Source of the DNA: an uncultured Pseudomonadales bacterium
Lineage (GTDB): Bacteria > Patescibacteriota > Microgenomatia > UBA1400 > MFAQ01
Direction: 5' to 3'
Length of the DNA stretch: 64,000 nucleotides
Assembly (NCBI GenBank): GCA_964564895.1
Contig: CAZMCB010000001.1
Location: 19,689-83,688 of the forward strand
Part shown: piece after piece, positions 19,247 through 28,924 of the stretch
How the letters are laid out: each line of letters starts with the position of its first letter
Position numbering within the stretch: the first letter of the stretch is position 1
Position numbers and translations under genes: made by a program
The notes under the pieces: model-generated
Told to the model about the DNA's origin: nothing
What the model saw: the letters and a program-made list of their open reading frames with translations, nothing else
Databases searched by the model: none

Positions 19247-20394
19247 TTATTTAGTAGAGCAATATATTTATCAATCGAGGTATCCCAGCTAAACTTGTAT
19301 TTTACTTCTTCCCTTGCTTGATTTCCCAATTTGGTTCTCAATTCTTTATTATGTGCTAACTGTGCAATTTTATCAGCGAGAATACTTGAATTTCTGGCAG
19401 GAATTAGTATTCCGGAACTATCGCTGATGATTTCTTTTGTTCCACCAACATTGGTAGCAATAATTGCCTTACTGCAGATAGCTGCTTCGATAACGCTTGT
19501 GGGCAGACCCTCAGTGTAGCTAGGATTCACGACAATATCACTTGTTTTTAGAATACCAATTAGTCCTTCTTTGTTTTTTTGACCAAAGAAAATTACTTTG
19601 TTTGCTATCTTTAAATCTTTTGCTTTTTCTTCTAAATTTATTTTTTGAGGACCTGAACCAACTATGAATAATACCCAATTATTAATTTTTAATTTTGATA
19701 CTGCTGACAACAAATCAGGCACTCCCTTTCCGTCTATTAATCTGCCTGTGTAGACAATTTTTACTAGATCTTTGAATTTATTTAAAATTCCTTTGTCTGG
19801 TGCAATATTTTCTATTTCATCAATCTCGATGCCCCTGAAAATTACATGGTACTTCCTATTGGGATATATTTTTTTGCAAAACTCAGCTGAAGCCTTGGAG
19901 TTGGCAACTACAATGTTGGCTTTCTTGAGAATTAATCGACCACAAGTATTGTCAAATAGTTTGGCGATAAATGAGTGAAGCTTGTTTGAAAGTTGAACGA
20001 AGTCTGAACCATGCTCTATATGCATCCATTTTATTTTTCTTTTTTGAGAGTAAGTAAGTGCCATCAGGGAAGTAAAAAAGAATCTGGTTCGAGAGATAAC
20101 TAAATCAAAATTTTTTTTATATAACTCATTTATCAAATTTCGATAATCTTTTTGCCAGAACTTCGGCAAAAACCAATTGGGTATTAATTCGAAGGCTGGG
20201 AATCTAACAATGTTAACGTTTTTATAGCGAAGATCTCTTTCAGGAGTATCTATAGGCAATCTGGGAGTAAAAACCGTAATCTCATATCCCCTTTTAGATA
20301 TGAACTTATTAAACTCGTCTGCATGACTTTCTAAACCACCGACATGAGGAAAATAGTAGGGACAGAATACTAAAATTTTCCCAAGAATTTTCAT
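19243..20394 (-). CDS. GT4 family glycosyltransferase
   Basis: EGLPTSVIEAAICSKAIIATNVGG is an EX7E motif. The N-terminus MKILGKILVFCPYYFPHVGGLE is typical GT4. Confidence 0.8.
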   Translation of the reverse strand: MKILGKILVFCPYYFPHVGGLESHADEFNKFISKRGYEITVFTPRLPIDTPERDLRYKNVNIVRFPAFELIPNWFLPKFWQKDYRNLINELYKKNFDLVISRTRFFFTSLMALTYSQKRKIKWMHIEHGSDFVQLSNKLHSFIAKLFDNTCGRLILKKANIVVANSKASAEFCKKIYPNRKYHVIFRGIEIDEIENIAPDKGILNKFKDLVKIVYTGRLIDGKGVPDLLSAVSKLKINNWVLFIVGSGPQKINLEEKAKDLKIANKVIFFGQKNKEGLIGILKTSDIVVNPSYTEGLPTSVIEAAICSKAIIATNVGGTKEIISDSSGILIPARNSSILADKIAQLAHNKELRTKLGNQAREEVKYKFSWDTSIDKYIALLNK

Positions 20395-20738
20395 CTCTTC
20401 TTATTTTTGGTAATTTTCTTCACTGCCATCTTCCTTACCAAAATTTCAACATTCTTTTGTAATCTATTTGTTCGAACATGATTCTGAAACATAACGTAGG
20501 AAATAATGGCAAGAGCAGCAAAAGTTGCTAAATCAAATAGTCTAACGAAAAATAAATTGTTGACCAATGGCTCTATTAGTTTGGGGAAAAAAGTAATGAA
20601 AAGTAACCCACCCCAGATAATCACCCAAACCAGAGCACCTTTTGAACCTATTTCATTTTTCTTCCAATATAGAAAAACATTGTAGAGCATCAAAAAAGAA
20701 AACACAAAAACCAGAAGTTGAACGCCTATTATGGACAT
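20391..20738 (-). CDS. Small 3-4 TM membrane protein (DUF2304-like?)
   Basis: 115 aa, strongly hydrophobic, with a basic C-terminal tail. It sits between a GT4 and sugar-nucleotide genes. The family assignment is tentative. Confidence 0.4.
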   Translation of the reverse strand: MSIIGVQLLVFVFSFLMLYNVFLYWKKNEIGSKGALVWVIIWGGLLFITFFPKLIEPLVNNLFFVRLFDLATFAALAIISYVMFQNHVRTNRLQKNVEILVRKMAVKKITKNKKR

Positions 20739-20756
20739 AACTATATTCTATCTTAC

Positions 20757-21614
20757 TTATTGACCGTTGGCTTTTCGAAACACCTTGTTAACCCTGTCCA
20801 TGGCTTTCATGAGTTTAGGCTCAAAACCCATTTTTTCAGAGTCGTAAATGATCGCCTTTGTGTCTTTAGGGAAACACTTGCCTCCGTAACCTCTGCTTTC
20901 GGGAAAAACAAGGGTGTGATTTTTGTTTATTCTTGGATCTGCAAGCCAACACTCTCTTAGCTCGTTGTAATCTACTCCATATGTCTTCGCAATATCGAAC
21001 CATTCGTTACAAAAAGTAACTTTCATGGCAAAAAAACTGTTTTCCATATACTTTGTAAGAACTGCGGTCATCAAATCTACTTGGAAATATTGAGTATCGA
21101 CTCCCATTCTTCTTTTGAATACATCTACGCAAAAAGACGTGTCTTTTTTTTCTCCACCGAATACTTGCCAAGTATGTGCTTCCATGTTCGCGGGATCTGG
21201 GTATTTCCAAGCTGGCGTAAAGTATTTTGATTCACCCATGTATTCAGGGCTAAAAACAAATTTCTTGAACTTTTTACCTAATTCTGCCATCTCACTTGGA
21301 GGCATAGTTGACTTTACAAGAATTACCCCTTTGAAATTGATTTCTTTTGAAAGCCAAGTAAGAGTATCCCTTACGAGACTAGTATCTGCTTTTCCATTTG
21401 CAGTTTCGTTTGTAGGAACACTGATAACGGCTAGGTCTAGATCTTTGAAACTATTTTTATCTGTGAAATTGTATTCCTGTGCACTCATCTCTGAGGCGAA
21501 CTTTTTACCTTCTTCATTAATGAATGGATCATAAATCGCAGCAACCTCAGATTTGAACAATCGATGAATTCCCTTACCTACAACTCCATATCCAATAATG
21601 CCTATTTTGTACAT
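20757..21614 (-). CDS. UDP-glucose/GDP-mannose dehydrogenase-family protein, short form lacking the C-terminal NDP-sugar-binding domain
   Basis: MYKIGIIGYGVVGKG is the NAD Rossmann motif. The central block KYMENSFFAMKVTFCNEWFDIAKTYGVDYNELRECWLADPRI resembles the UDPGDH dimerisation domain. GGKCFPKDTKAI matches the catalytic-Cys motif GGSCFPKD. The protein ends ~36 aa after that Cys, at 285 aa. Confidence 0.6.
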   Translation of the reverse strand: MYKIGIIGYGVVGKGIHRLFKSEVAAIYDPFINEEGKKFASEMSAQEYNFTDKNSFKDLDLAVISVPTNETANGKADTSLVRDTLTWLSKEINFKGVILVKSTMPPSEMAELGKKFKKFVFSPEYMGESKYFTPAWKYPDPANMEAHTWQVFGGEKKDTSFCVDVFKRRMGVDTQYFQVDLMTAVLTKYMENSFFAMKVTFCNEWFDIAKTYGVDYNELRECWLADPRINKNHTLVFPESRGYGGKCFPKDTKAIIYDSEKMGFEPKLMKAMDRVNKVFRKANGQ

Positions 21615-21618
21615 GAGC

Positions 21619-22287
21619 CTAATTATAGTACCATCCAGGGATTTGTAATAGTATTTTTATTGCATCAAAAAGAGAGACTCCCTTGTATTTATCAATATAA
21701 ATTGTATCTACCTCTATCTCTTTATAATCGAGATGGTTTTTTCCTACCCTTGTGGCAATTTCTGTTTCAACTCCATATCGTGTAGAACGCCACTTTATTT
21801 GTTTGTAGACAGACTTATTGAATCCTAGATAGCCACAAAGAAATTCTTTTCTATTGATATCAAATAGAAACCTCAAAATGCTTTTGGCAATAATATTCCC
21901 CCATTTTCTGACAAAAGGCATTTCACCATTTAGCTTTCTATAACCAAAAACTAAATCGTGGTTAATTAATTCTTTCTCGAAATCTCTGAGGTGTTTAGGG
22001 TTATGTTGGCCGTCGGCGTCGATAAAAATTACAGCATCAGCTTTTAGTTTCCATGCCATAGACACTCCGGTTCGCATTGCAGCACCCTTACCGAGATTTA
22101 TTGCATGAGACAAAAGGAATACTCTTTTGTTGTTTTTAAATTTTTTGTTTAATACTTTCCAAGTATCATCTGTCGAACCATCGTCAATAACTACTAAATC
22201 ATTATTTGTATTCTTTAGAACTCTATTGATAGTATCAACTGCTCGAAAATTTTCATTGAAAGCCGGAATGATAATTATTGTTTTCAC
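21619..22287 (-). CDS. GT2 glycosyltransferase, polyprenol-phosphate sugar synthase-like (DPM1/GtrB-like, short)
   Basis: IIIIPAFNENFRAV...VVIDDGSTDDT and FIDADGQH are GT-A DPM1-like motifs. A 4-nt overlap links it to the upstream GT-C gene. Confidence 0.7.
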   Translation of the reverse strand: MKTIIIIPAFNENFRAVDTINRVLKNTNNDLVVIDDGSTDDTWKVLNKKFKNNKRVFLLSHAINLGKGAAMRTGVSMAWKLKADAVIFIDADGQHNPKHLRDFEKELINHDLVFGYRKLNGEMPFVRKWGNIIAKSILRFLFDINRKEFLCGYLGFNKSVYKQIKWRSTRYGVETEIATRVGKNHLDYKEIEVDTIYIDKYKGVSLFDAIKILLQIPGWYYN

Positions 22288-23777
22288 TTTGGATTGTTCT
22301 TAAAAATATAAATGTTGAAGGCACCTTTTTGGAGAACTTCGATTGGCTTCAGTTCTGATTCGTATTCTCTATCTTCCATAATAATTATCTTATATTTTGG
22401 AACTTGATCCGAAGAATTTTCATTTAGTATCCATCCAAAATATTCATTTGCTTGGCATTTAATCGGAAGACGCCCATAAATCCTGTACATAAAACACCAT
22501 CCGGCGTATTGGGGGTAAGTGGAACCACCGATTTCGGGTATTTCAACAGAGAATGATTCATCATTTATGACGCTCATTGTTTCAGATATTATCTGACTTC
22601 TGACAGTGAGACCGAACCTTGATTGATTGATGGTCAATACGGCAAAACTGTTGATTAGAATATAACCTCCCAACAATATTGTTGAAAGTCTTAATGGTAT
22701 TTGAGAAAGAAATAATCCAACGATAATTGCAAATAAAGCAAAGAAACTAACTAAAAAATATTCACAACTGGGACTGGGATAAAAAAGAAAGGCTGCAAGT
22801 ATCGATAAGGTAGTAAAAAATAAAATGCGTAAATTCTTTTCTCTTTTTTGTTTTATAAATAGCCATCCCAAAATAATTGTTGAAATAACAGATAGTTGCC
22901 AGTAACCTTTTGTCATGCCTGGGTGGACTCCTAAGAGCATTTCGTCTTGGATGGTCGTATATGGCTTGATAAACCAGAAACGACTTAAGGCTGTACCGAT
23001 TGATCGATAATTTCCAGAGATAACAGAGGAGTCAAATGACAAGCCATCTTCTTTTGAAGAAAATACGTAGCGAACAGGCCCTAATAGATTGTCGAAGTTG
23101 TGACTAATATCGAAAACGATCATCGGAGAAACGATAATAAGATATGCGGATATAGATAAAAACCATGATTTAAGAGAAATCTTTTTGATATTTTTGAGAA
23201 CGATAAATAGAACTAACGGCCAGAAAGCGACGAGAGATAAATGAATATGCAGAGAGATCGCCATCAAGGCGGAAGTCAGGACAAACCAACGAGAGTCCTT
23301 GTCGGCTTTGTAGAGTGAGTATAGAAGCCATACCGAGATAAATGGAATTGGTGTAGGATTCCAGAAACGTCGATCGAATATATTCATAAGTGCTGAAAAA
23401 CCATAGATAAGCAGGGCGAAAGTGGCTGCCTTTTTAGAGAATATTTTGGAGGTGATGTAATAGATGCTGAAACTGGTGGCTATACCCAGAAGAGGAGAGA
23501 AGATAGCCAGACTAACCAAATCCCCTCCTGAAAGCTTAAAGAGAATGGCATTGAGATAAGTAAAGGCGGGACCAAGATAGAAACCAAAATTACTGGCGCT
23601 AACGCCAATCCAGATAGGGTGGAAATTGAGCACTTGGGACCAAGCGAGAAATGCTTGGTATTCTTCGTCGAAGTTAAAACTAAACCAGTCTACGGCATTC
23701 CAAAGACGAAGAGCACAAAAAGCTACTATCAGAATACCAATCAATACTTTTGTAAAATTGAGCTTTGGCTTGGCCAT
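22284..23777 (-). CDS. GT-C glycosyltransferase, PMT/ArnT-family (GT39/GT83-like)
   Basis: Polytopic, with about 11 TM helices. The N-terminal loop FNFDEEYQAFLAW carries a D-E acidic pair, as in ArnT/PMT. A C-terminal soluble domain is present. Confidence 0.55.
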   Translation of the reverse strand: MAKPKLNFTKVLIGILIVAFCALRLWNAVDWFSFNFDEEYQAFLAWSQVLNFHPIWIGVSASNFGFYLGPAFTYLNAILFKLSGGDLVSLAIFSPLLGIATSFSIYYITSKIFSKKAATFALLIYGFSALMNIFDRRFWNPTPIPFISVWLLYSLYKADKDSRWFVLTSALMAISLHIHLSLVAFWPLVLFIVLKNIKKISLKSWFLSISAYLIIVSPMIVFDISHNFDNLLGPVRYVFSSKEDGLSFDSSVISGNYRSIGTALSRFWFIKPYTTIQDEMLLGVHPGMTKGYWQLSVISTIILGWLFIKQKREKNLRILFFTTLSILAAFLFYPSPSCEYFLVSFFALFAIIVGLFLSQIPLRLSTILLGGYILINSFAVLTINQSRFGLTVRSQIISETMSVINDESFSVEIPEIGGSTYPQYAGWCFMYRIYGRLPIKCQANEYFGWILNENSSDQVPKYKIIIMEDREYESELKPIEVLQKGAFNIYIFKNNPK

Positions 23778-23788
23778 AAGTTAGTTTA

Positions 23789-25975
23789 TCATTTTGGTTT
23801 TTGTATCCAATAGATTAAGACCAGTACCGGCAACATAATATATGCCAACATAACTCCACGAGGATAATAACCAGTGGTAACTAAAGGTAGATGTGCAAAA
23901 ACGAAAAATATAAATAGACAAAACATGACTGTCTTAACTGATAGTCTGACCTTCTTAGAACAAAAGACTTGGATGAGAAAAATTCCAAACAATACTAATA
24001 CTGAAATATCTATCCCCGAAGGAATCATAATTTTGAAATTTTCAAAAATATTTGATTGGGAAACCATGGCTGCTGTGGTGTTTGATTGATAATACTGTGC
24101 AGCTGAGCCAATATTTAGGCCACCCATAACGGCATTGAGCACTATGAGAATCAAAGCAGTTCCTGATGGGATAAGGAATCGAATAATTTGTTTGAATTCT
24201 AGTTTGTTTCTTATTAGAAATATCAACATAAAATATGGAACAAAATATATTAAATTTGGAGTTCTAAACATCAAAGTCATTGCCCAGATAATTCCTGAAA
24301 CGACAAACCAAAGAGTGATTTTTGTTTTTTCTATAAACGGCAGTAATGCTAGCCATGAAATAGCAAGAAGTGCTAGAGGCCATGTATAGACTTCGGACAG
24401 AGGAACCATACTTCGTATAAAGAGACTGTTTACATGAAGATACAGATACCAATAAACACTTGAAAATAATACAACAGTAGTAAATGTTTCTAAAACGCTT
24501 GTTTTCTTTTCATATATGAATATGCAAAAAAGTGCAGTCGACATGAATAAAAGCAGACTGGATTGAAGAATCCAGTATGAAAAGGTATCTAAAAATATGT
24601 TTCCATCACCGAATGCGACCATGGTTAGGGATTTGAAATATAGAAATAGAGGCTTAGAGGTAACTACTGTTGGCTCTACAAATAGGGTTTTATTTTGAGC
24701 AATATCTCTGGCCCAAGAAAAATATGTAAGCTGATCATGGCCGACCAGATAAAGCTCTGTTCCATCCCGTAAAGATGGAGATACTAACAACAAGGATGGA
24801 AAAATAACAATGAACATCCAAAGAAAAATAATTATCGATTGGCTTTGACCAATTTTGATGAGATTTTGGAGTAGTTTACGAATAATGCCAGAAGAATAAA
24901 TAATTATTAAAACGAAAAAGGCAATTTTCATTATTACCATGTTGTTGTCTAGAGCAAAAGCGTTTTTGGAGAACTTAAGGAATCCTGTTCCGACAATCTT
25001 TAGAAGAACAAAGGCTATAGAACAATTTATCGCGATTTTAAAAATGTCAGAAATAATATTCCTTATTGAGATTTGATGACGAATAAATGATAAGGATTTT
25101 ATAAAAGCATTTGAAACCAAAAAACATATATATATTCCGAAAAATATTAATAGTGAAATATATCCGAATTTTCCGATTAATTGAAAAAGTTTTGGTTGGA
25201 AAAAATCTGTAGATACTATTTTTTGAGTGTTATTATCGTTTATGAAAAGTGATATCTTTGCCTCGGATTCAGAGATTGAATTAACATTGAAACTTCTGGC
25301 ACAGTCTAAGAAATTATCTTTATCGTTATTACACTCATAGTTTGAAAATGATAAATCAAGACTATCATCTGAAAAATTATCTATTTTAATTTCTTTTTCC
25401 TCTTTGGAAAAACCATGATTTGTATTTCCTATAGATACATTACCTTGGTATTTGATTGTAAACGAGATACTGTCAGAACCTGATTTTTCTCGTAATAACT
25501 TAATTTTTTGAGAGTTTAAATAGAATGATGATGTGAAAGGATATTTGTTTTCAAGGCGATACTCTTCCCAAATTGCGGAGTTACTTTTACTTTTTCCATA
25601 AACATTGTAGGACAGGCTATTAAAACCACTTAATCTCCATTTTTGGGAACTTGATGAGGAGTTAAAATCTATTTCTCTTTCATATCGAGAAATCGATGAA
25701 TTCTTGAACGGGAAATCTAGTGAAAACATGCATTCATCAGAAGCATTTGGAAGCCTAATACATGTTGGAATGCCATATGTTACTCGACTAAAATAGTTTG
25801 ACCCAATAATTAGTCCTAAAAAAATTATCCAAACAAATTGGAATTTGAAAAAGTATTTTGGAAAAACAATACGAGACATTTTGGACCAGAGTAAAACAAA
25901 TAGAACCAGAAAAAGCCAGGACATAATTACCCAGAATGTTGTCAACTCAACCACTGAATGTAGATTAAAAAACAT
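23789..25975 (-). CDS. Large membrane protein: N-terminal TM, ~230-aa Ser/Asn-rich extracytoplasmic domain, then a ~450-aa polytopic domain
   Basis: 728 aa. Hydrophobicity pattern only; no recognisable catalytic motif. Confidence 0.4.
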   Translation of the reverse strand: MFFNLHSVVELTTFWVIMSWLFLVLFVLLWSKMSRIVFPKYFFKFQFVWIIFLGLIIGSNYFSRVTYGIPTCIRLPNASDECMFSLDFPFKNSSISRYEREIDFNSSSSSQKWRLSGFNSLSYNVYGKSKSNSAIWEEYRLENKYPFTSSFYLNSQKIKLLREKSGSDSISFTIKYQGNVSIGNTNHGFSKEEKEIKIDNFSDDSLDLSFSNYECNNDKDNFLDCARSFNVNSISESEAKISLFINDNNTQKIVSTDFFQPKLFQLIGKFGYISLLIFFGIYICFLVSNAFIKSLSFIRHQISIRNIISDIFKIAINCSIAFVLLKIVGTGFLKFSKNAFALDNNMVIMKIAFFVLIIIYSSGIIRKLLQNLIKIGQSQSIIIFLWMFIVIFPSLLLVSPSLRDGTELYLVGHDQLTYFSWARDIAQNKTLFVEPTVVTSKPLFLYFKSLTMVAFGDGNIFLDTFSYWILQSSLLLFMSTALFCIFIYEKKTSVLETFTTVVLFSSVYWYLYLHVNSLFIRSMVPLSEVYTWPLALLAISWLALLPFIEKTKITLWFVVSGIIWAMTLMFRTPNLIYFVPYFMLIFLIRNKLEFKQIIRFLIPSGTALILIVLNAVMGGLNIGSAAQYYQSNTTAAMVSQSNIFENFKIMIPSGIDISVLVLFGIFLIQVFCSKKVRLSVKTVMFCLFIFFVFAHLPLVTTGYYPRGVMLAYIMLPVLVLIYWIQKPK

Positions 25976-25995
25976 CTGGTTTATTAGTACGGAGG

Positions 25996-27039
25996 CTAGA
26001 CTAACTTTTTAATAATTGGAATTTTTTTAATGAGATAGATACTTAAAAAGCTAAAGAACACACAAAGAACAATTAGTCCACCTAACCACAAAATGTAATT
26101 TGAAGAAAAAGCAGAAATAAAGAAATTTGTATTTTTGAAATATAGTAACCAAAGAGGATGAATTAAATAAACTCCTAATGATAATTCTGAGAGAGATGCA
26201 ATTTTTTTGAATGATGAAAGTCGCTTATTACTTAAATTGATAACAATATAGAAGAGAAAATTTGCAGCAAGAATTACAGGGACTGAAAAATGCTTTACAA
26301 AAACCAGAACCATTTCTTGGCTCGTGTAAAGAAAAAATGTTTTTCTTGTTATCAATACGCCGAGAAATAGTAACAGAGATGATAATGCGATCAATAATAC
26401 TGGGTGTTTAGGTGGTGATTTTTTTCCTATCCAGTATCCTGCTATGTAATAGCCTAGATATGGGAGAAACCAGTTAAAAATATTGCTAACCTGAGGAAAT
26501 CCAAAAAATGAATAAAGAATTAGATAAGCTGCAGAACAAAGAAAAAGAAAGGGAACAATAATATTTAGATTCTTGTTTAATACGTATTTTTTAATTAATG
26601 GAGTAAAGAGATAAAGACCAAACATAACATTAATAAAATACAGATGATACTCTGTTCCCGAGCGCCAAAGATTGTCGATAAAATCAAGAGGATTTGCAAG
26701 AGACGCCATCCCTTTATTTAGTACGTAATAGACTAGACACCAAAAAATGTAAGGAATTAAAATTCTACTCAGCCTTCGACGATAAAATTCTTTTGGATTA
26801 TTAGATAAATCTGAGTTTAATAAAAAATATCCACTAATCATGACAAAGACAGGAGTCCCCCATTTAAGCATCCAGTTTAGGCCATTGGTAATTAACCACC
26901 AATGATAGCCAACCAAATCAAGCTTGTAATAGATTAGAGAGGTAACATGCATGACAACAACTGCGGTCGCGGCAATAACCCTAATAAGATCGGCTGAAAT
27001 CTTTCTTTCTTTTTGGCTTGTTTGTATCTGTGTAGTCAA
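25996..27039 (-). CDS. Acyltransferase family 3 (OatA/OafA-like) membrane O-acyltransferase
   Basis: KISADLIRVIAATAVVVMHVTS matches the acyltransferase_3 N-terminal RxxxxDxLRxxA...H motif. About 10 TM helices. Confidence 0.65.
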   Translation of the reverse strand: MTTQIQTSQKERKISADLIRVIAATAVVVMHVTSLIYYKLDLVGYHWWLITNGLNWMLKWGTPVFVMISGYFLLNSDLSNNPKEFYRRRLSRILIPYIFWCLVYYVLNKGMASLANPLDFIDNLWRSGTEYHLYFINVMFGLYLFTPLIKKYVLNKNLNIIVPFLFLCSAAYLILYSFFGFPQVSNIFNWFLPYLGYYIAGYWIGKKSPPKHPVLLIALSSLLLFLGVLITRKTFFLYTSQEMVLVFVKHFSVPVILAANFLFYIVINLSNKRLSSFKKIASLSELSLGVYLIHPLWLLYFKNTNFFISAFSSNYILWLGGLIVLCVFFSFLSIYLIKKIPIIKKLV

Positions 27040-27048
27040 TTTTGTCTT

Positions 27049-28185
27049 TTAGCCAATAAAGTAACCCCTTGTAAAGAAGCCGATGGAAAGTATGGAAAGA
27101 ATGATGCAAAAGGCGTAGTAAATATAACTGACAAAAGGATGGCGCTTATCTAGCCAAGAAGCTAAGAAAATAAACATAGGAAAGAGAACTACAGCGTATC
27201 TAGGAAGACTTGAGAGAGTACCGGTGAGAGTAGGTAGAATGTAAGAGAAGGAACAAAAAATCCAGTACGAGGGACGGATTTTTTTGATTGAGAAGATGAG
27301 AAGCATAAGAATCAATAATCCAACAAGGAATTCTAGAATGACAGAGAAATAGGTGGAGCTCCAAGGGTCGACTGTAAAAATCATCTTGATGTATCGGTAA
27401 AAAACTTGATAGAGAAGAATCAGCTTGTCTGTAGTTCGGCCCGGAACGTAGTGCTGATAATTAATGAAGAAGAAGGCGTCCCCTGTCATGCGGAACTGGT
27501 AGTACATATAGGAGAGCAAGCCGATGGGAGGAGTAGCAAGCCAGAGAATCTTGGGCTTAAGGAAGGTCTTTATCCCCTCTCCATAAGTGTTGAAATACTC
27601 GATGATGAGAGCAAACCAGATGAAGATGCCTGTGACTCTTGTGGCCGATAGGATTGCGGCTGCGATACAGGCTAAGGGGAAATTCTTTTTGCGAGCGAAG
27701 TAAAAAGATAGAACAGCAAGAAGTAAAAAGGTAGACTCGTTGTAAACACTGCCGAAATAAAATGATGTAGGAAAAATGAGGATGAGAAATAGCGTGTATT
27801 TAGCAATCTTTGCCGAGTAATCAAGCCTTATCAGCTTGTACAAGAAAAAGAGGGCGAAAATAAATGAGAGACTGGATACAATGAGGCCGGAGACGGTAAA
27901 ATTTCCGATCAATGGATTGATTTGCTTTATGAGCCAAGGGTAAACTGGGAAAAAAGCGTAGACCTTGTCTGTTTTGGTTAGAGTGCCGTAGTCGTATTTG
28001 GCAATGCTTTGATAGTGAAGGCCGTCGAAATTGGACCACATGGTAAGCAGATCACCAGTGGACGCTTTTGGAGTGAGATTGGTGAAAGTAGTGCTGGGTT
28101 TGAGAACGAACATGGCGAGAACAGCAACAAGAAAAATGAGAGTGCGCCAGATGAGGAATTTTTTGAATATGTTTCCGAGAGACAT
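27049..28185 (-). CDS. GT-C-like membrane protein (DUF2029/PIG-V mannosyltransferase-like)
   Basis: WSNFDGLHYQSIAKYDYG...AFFPVYP resembles the WDGxxYxxIAxxGY...AFFPLYP block of PIG-V/DUF2029 proteins. Polytopic. Confidence 0.5.
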   Translation of the reverse strand: MSLGNIFKKFLIWRTLIFLVAVLAMFVLKPSTTFTNLTPKASTGDLLTMWSNFDGLHYQSIAKYDYGTLTKTDKVYAFFPVYPWLIKQINPLIGNFTVSGLIVSSLSFIFALFFLYKLIRLDYSAKIAKYTLFLILIFPTSFYFGSVYNESTFLLLAVLSFYFARKKNFPLACIAAAILSATRVTGIFIWFALIIEYFNTYGEGIKTFLKPKILWLATPPIGLLSYMYYQFRMTGDAFFFINYQHYVPGRTTDKLILLYQVFYRYIKMIFTVDPWSSTYFSVILEFLVGLLILMLLIFSIKKIRPSYWIFCSFSYILPTLTGTLSSLPRYAVVLFPMFIFLASWLDKRHPFVSYIYYAFCIILSILSIGFFTRGYFIG

Positions 28186-28267
28186 GGTTAAGATTGATTA
28201 TATCGCTTGGAGATGTTTTGGGTGGAGAGGATTTGATTTCGGGTATTGTTTGGTGTTAAATGAATGT

Positions 28268-28606
28268 ATGGGAAAATATATTGTTCGTAGATACGAAAAT
28301 CTAAACGGTAAGGATCTTATTAAGGAATTCTTTTTAAAATGCTCTACGGCTCAACAAGCAAAAATATCTCGTCAAATATTTCATCTTGAGTTTTACGGTA
28401 TCTCGAGACTAAATCCAACTCTTAAAAAAGTTGCTGGAACAAATTTATGGGAAATGAGAAGCCTTGGAAAGGATAATATTAGAATATTCTGTGCTCAGGA
28501 TAATAATTCAATAATTTTATTGCACATAATTATTAAGAAATCACAAAAAACAAGTCAAAAAGATTTATCAATTGCAATTAAAAGATATAGTGATTTATTT
28601 GATTAA
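28268..28606 (+). CDS. Type II toxin, HigB/RelE-superfamily (phage Gp49-like, PF05973-like)
   Basis: The 112-aa version starts at MGKYIVRRYEN. WEMRSLGKDNIRIFCAQDNNSIILLHIIIKKSQKTSQKDLSIAIKRYSDL matches the Gp49/HigB-like pattern (..E.R...IRI.......I.LLH...KKSQKT....I..A..R). The ORF-track frame extends upstream to 28031 and overlaps the neighbouring gene. Confidence 0.7.
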   Translation: MGKYIVRRYENLNGKDLIKEFFLKCSTAQQAKISRQIFHLEFYGISRLNPTLKKVAGTNLWEMRSLGKDNIRIFCAQDNNSIILLHIIIKKSQKTSQKDLSIAIKRYSDLFD

Positions 28607-28633
28607 ATATATCTTTTATGATATATTAACTTT

Positions 28634-28924
28634 ATGAGAAAACTAAAATTATTTTCTGACCTATTTAAAGAGATGTTGCAAGATCCCGAATTCAAAAAGG
28701 AGTGGGAGAAGCTAGAACCTCAGTATCAACTTGAACACGAAATTATTAAGGCGAGAATTGAAAGCAAATTGACTCAAGAGGAATTGGCTAAAAAAATGGA
28801 TACTACTCAAGCAGCAATTTCCCGAATTGAGTCTGGCTCAGTAAGCCCTTCAATTAATACCGTCAATAGAATCGCGATGGCTTTCGGGAAGAAATTGGAA
28901 ATTAGATTTGTGTCGCCTGATTAA
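28634..28924 (+). CDS. XRE-family HTH antitoxin (HigA-like)
   Basis: LTQEELAKKMDTTQAAISRIESGSVSPSINTVNRIAMAFGKKLEI is a classic HTH_3/XRE domain. It lies 27 nt downstream of the toxin, in toxin-then-antitoxin (HigBA) order. Confidence 0.75.
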   Translation: MRKLKLFSDLFKEMLQDPEFKKEWEKLEPQYQLEHEIIKARIESKLTQEELAKKMDTTQAAISRIESGSVSPSINTVNRIAMAFGKKLEIRFVSPD

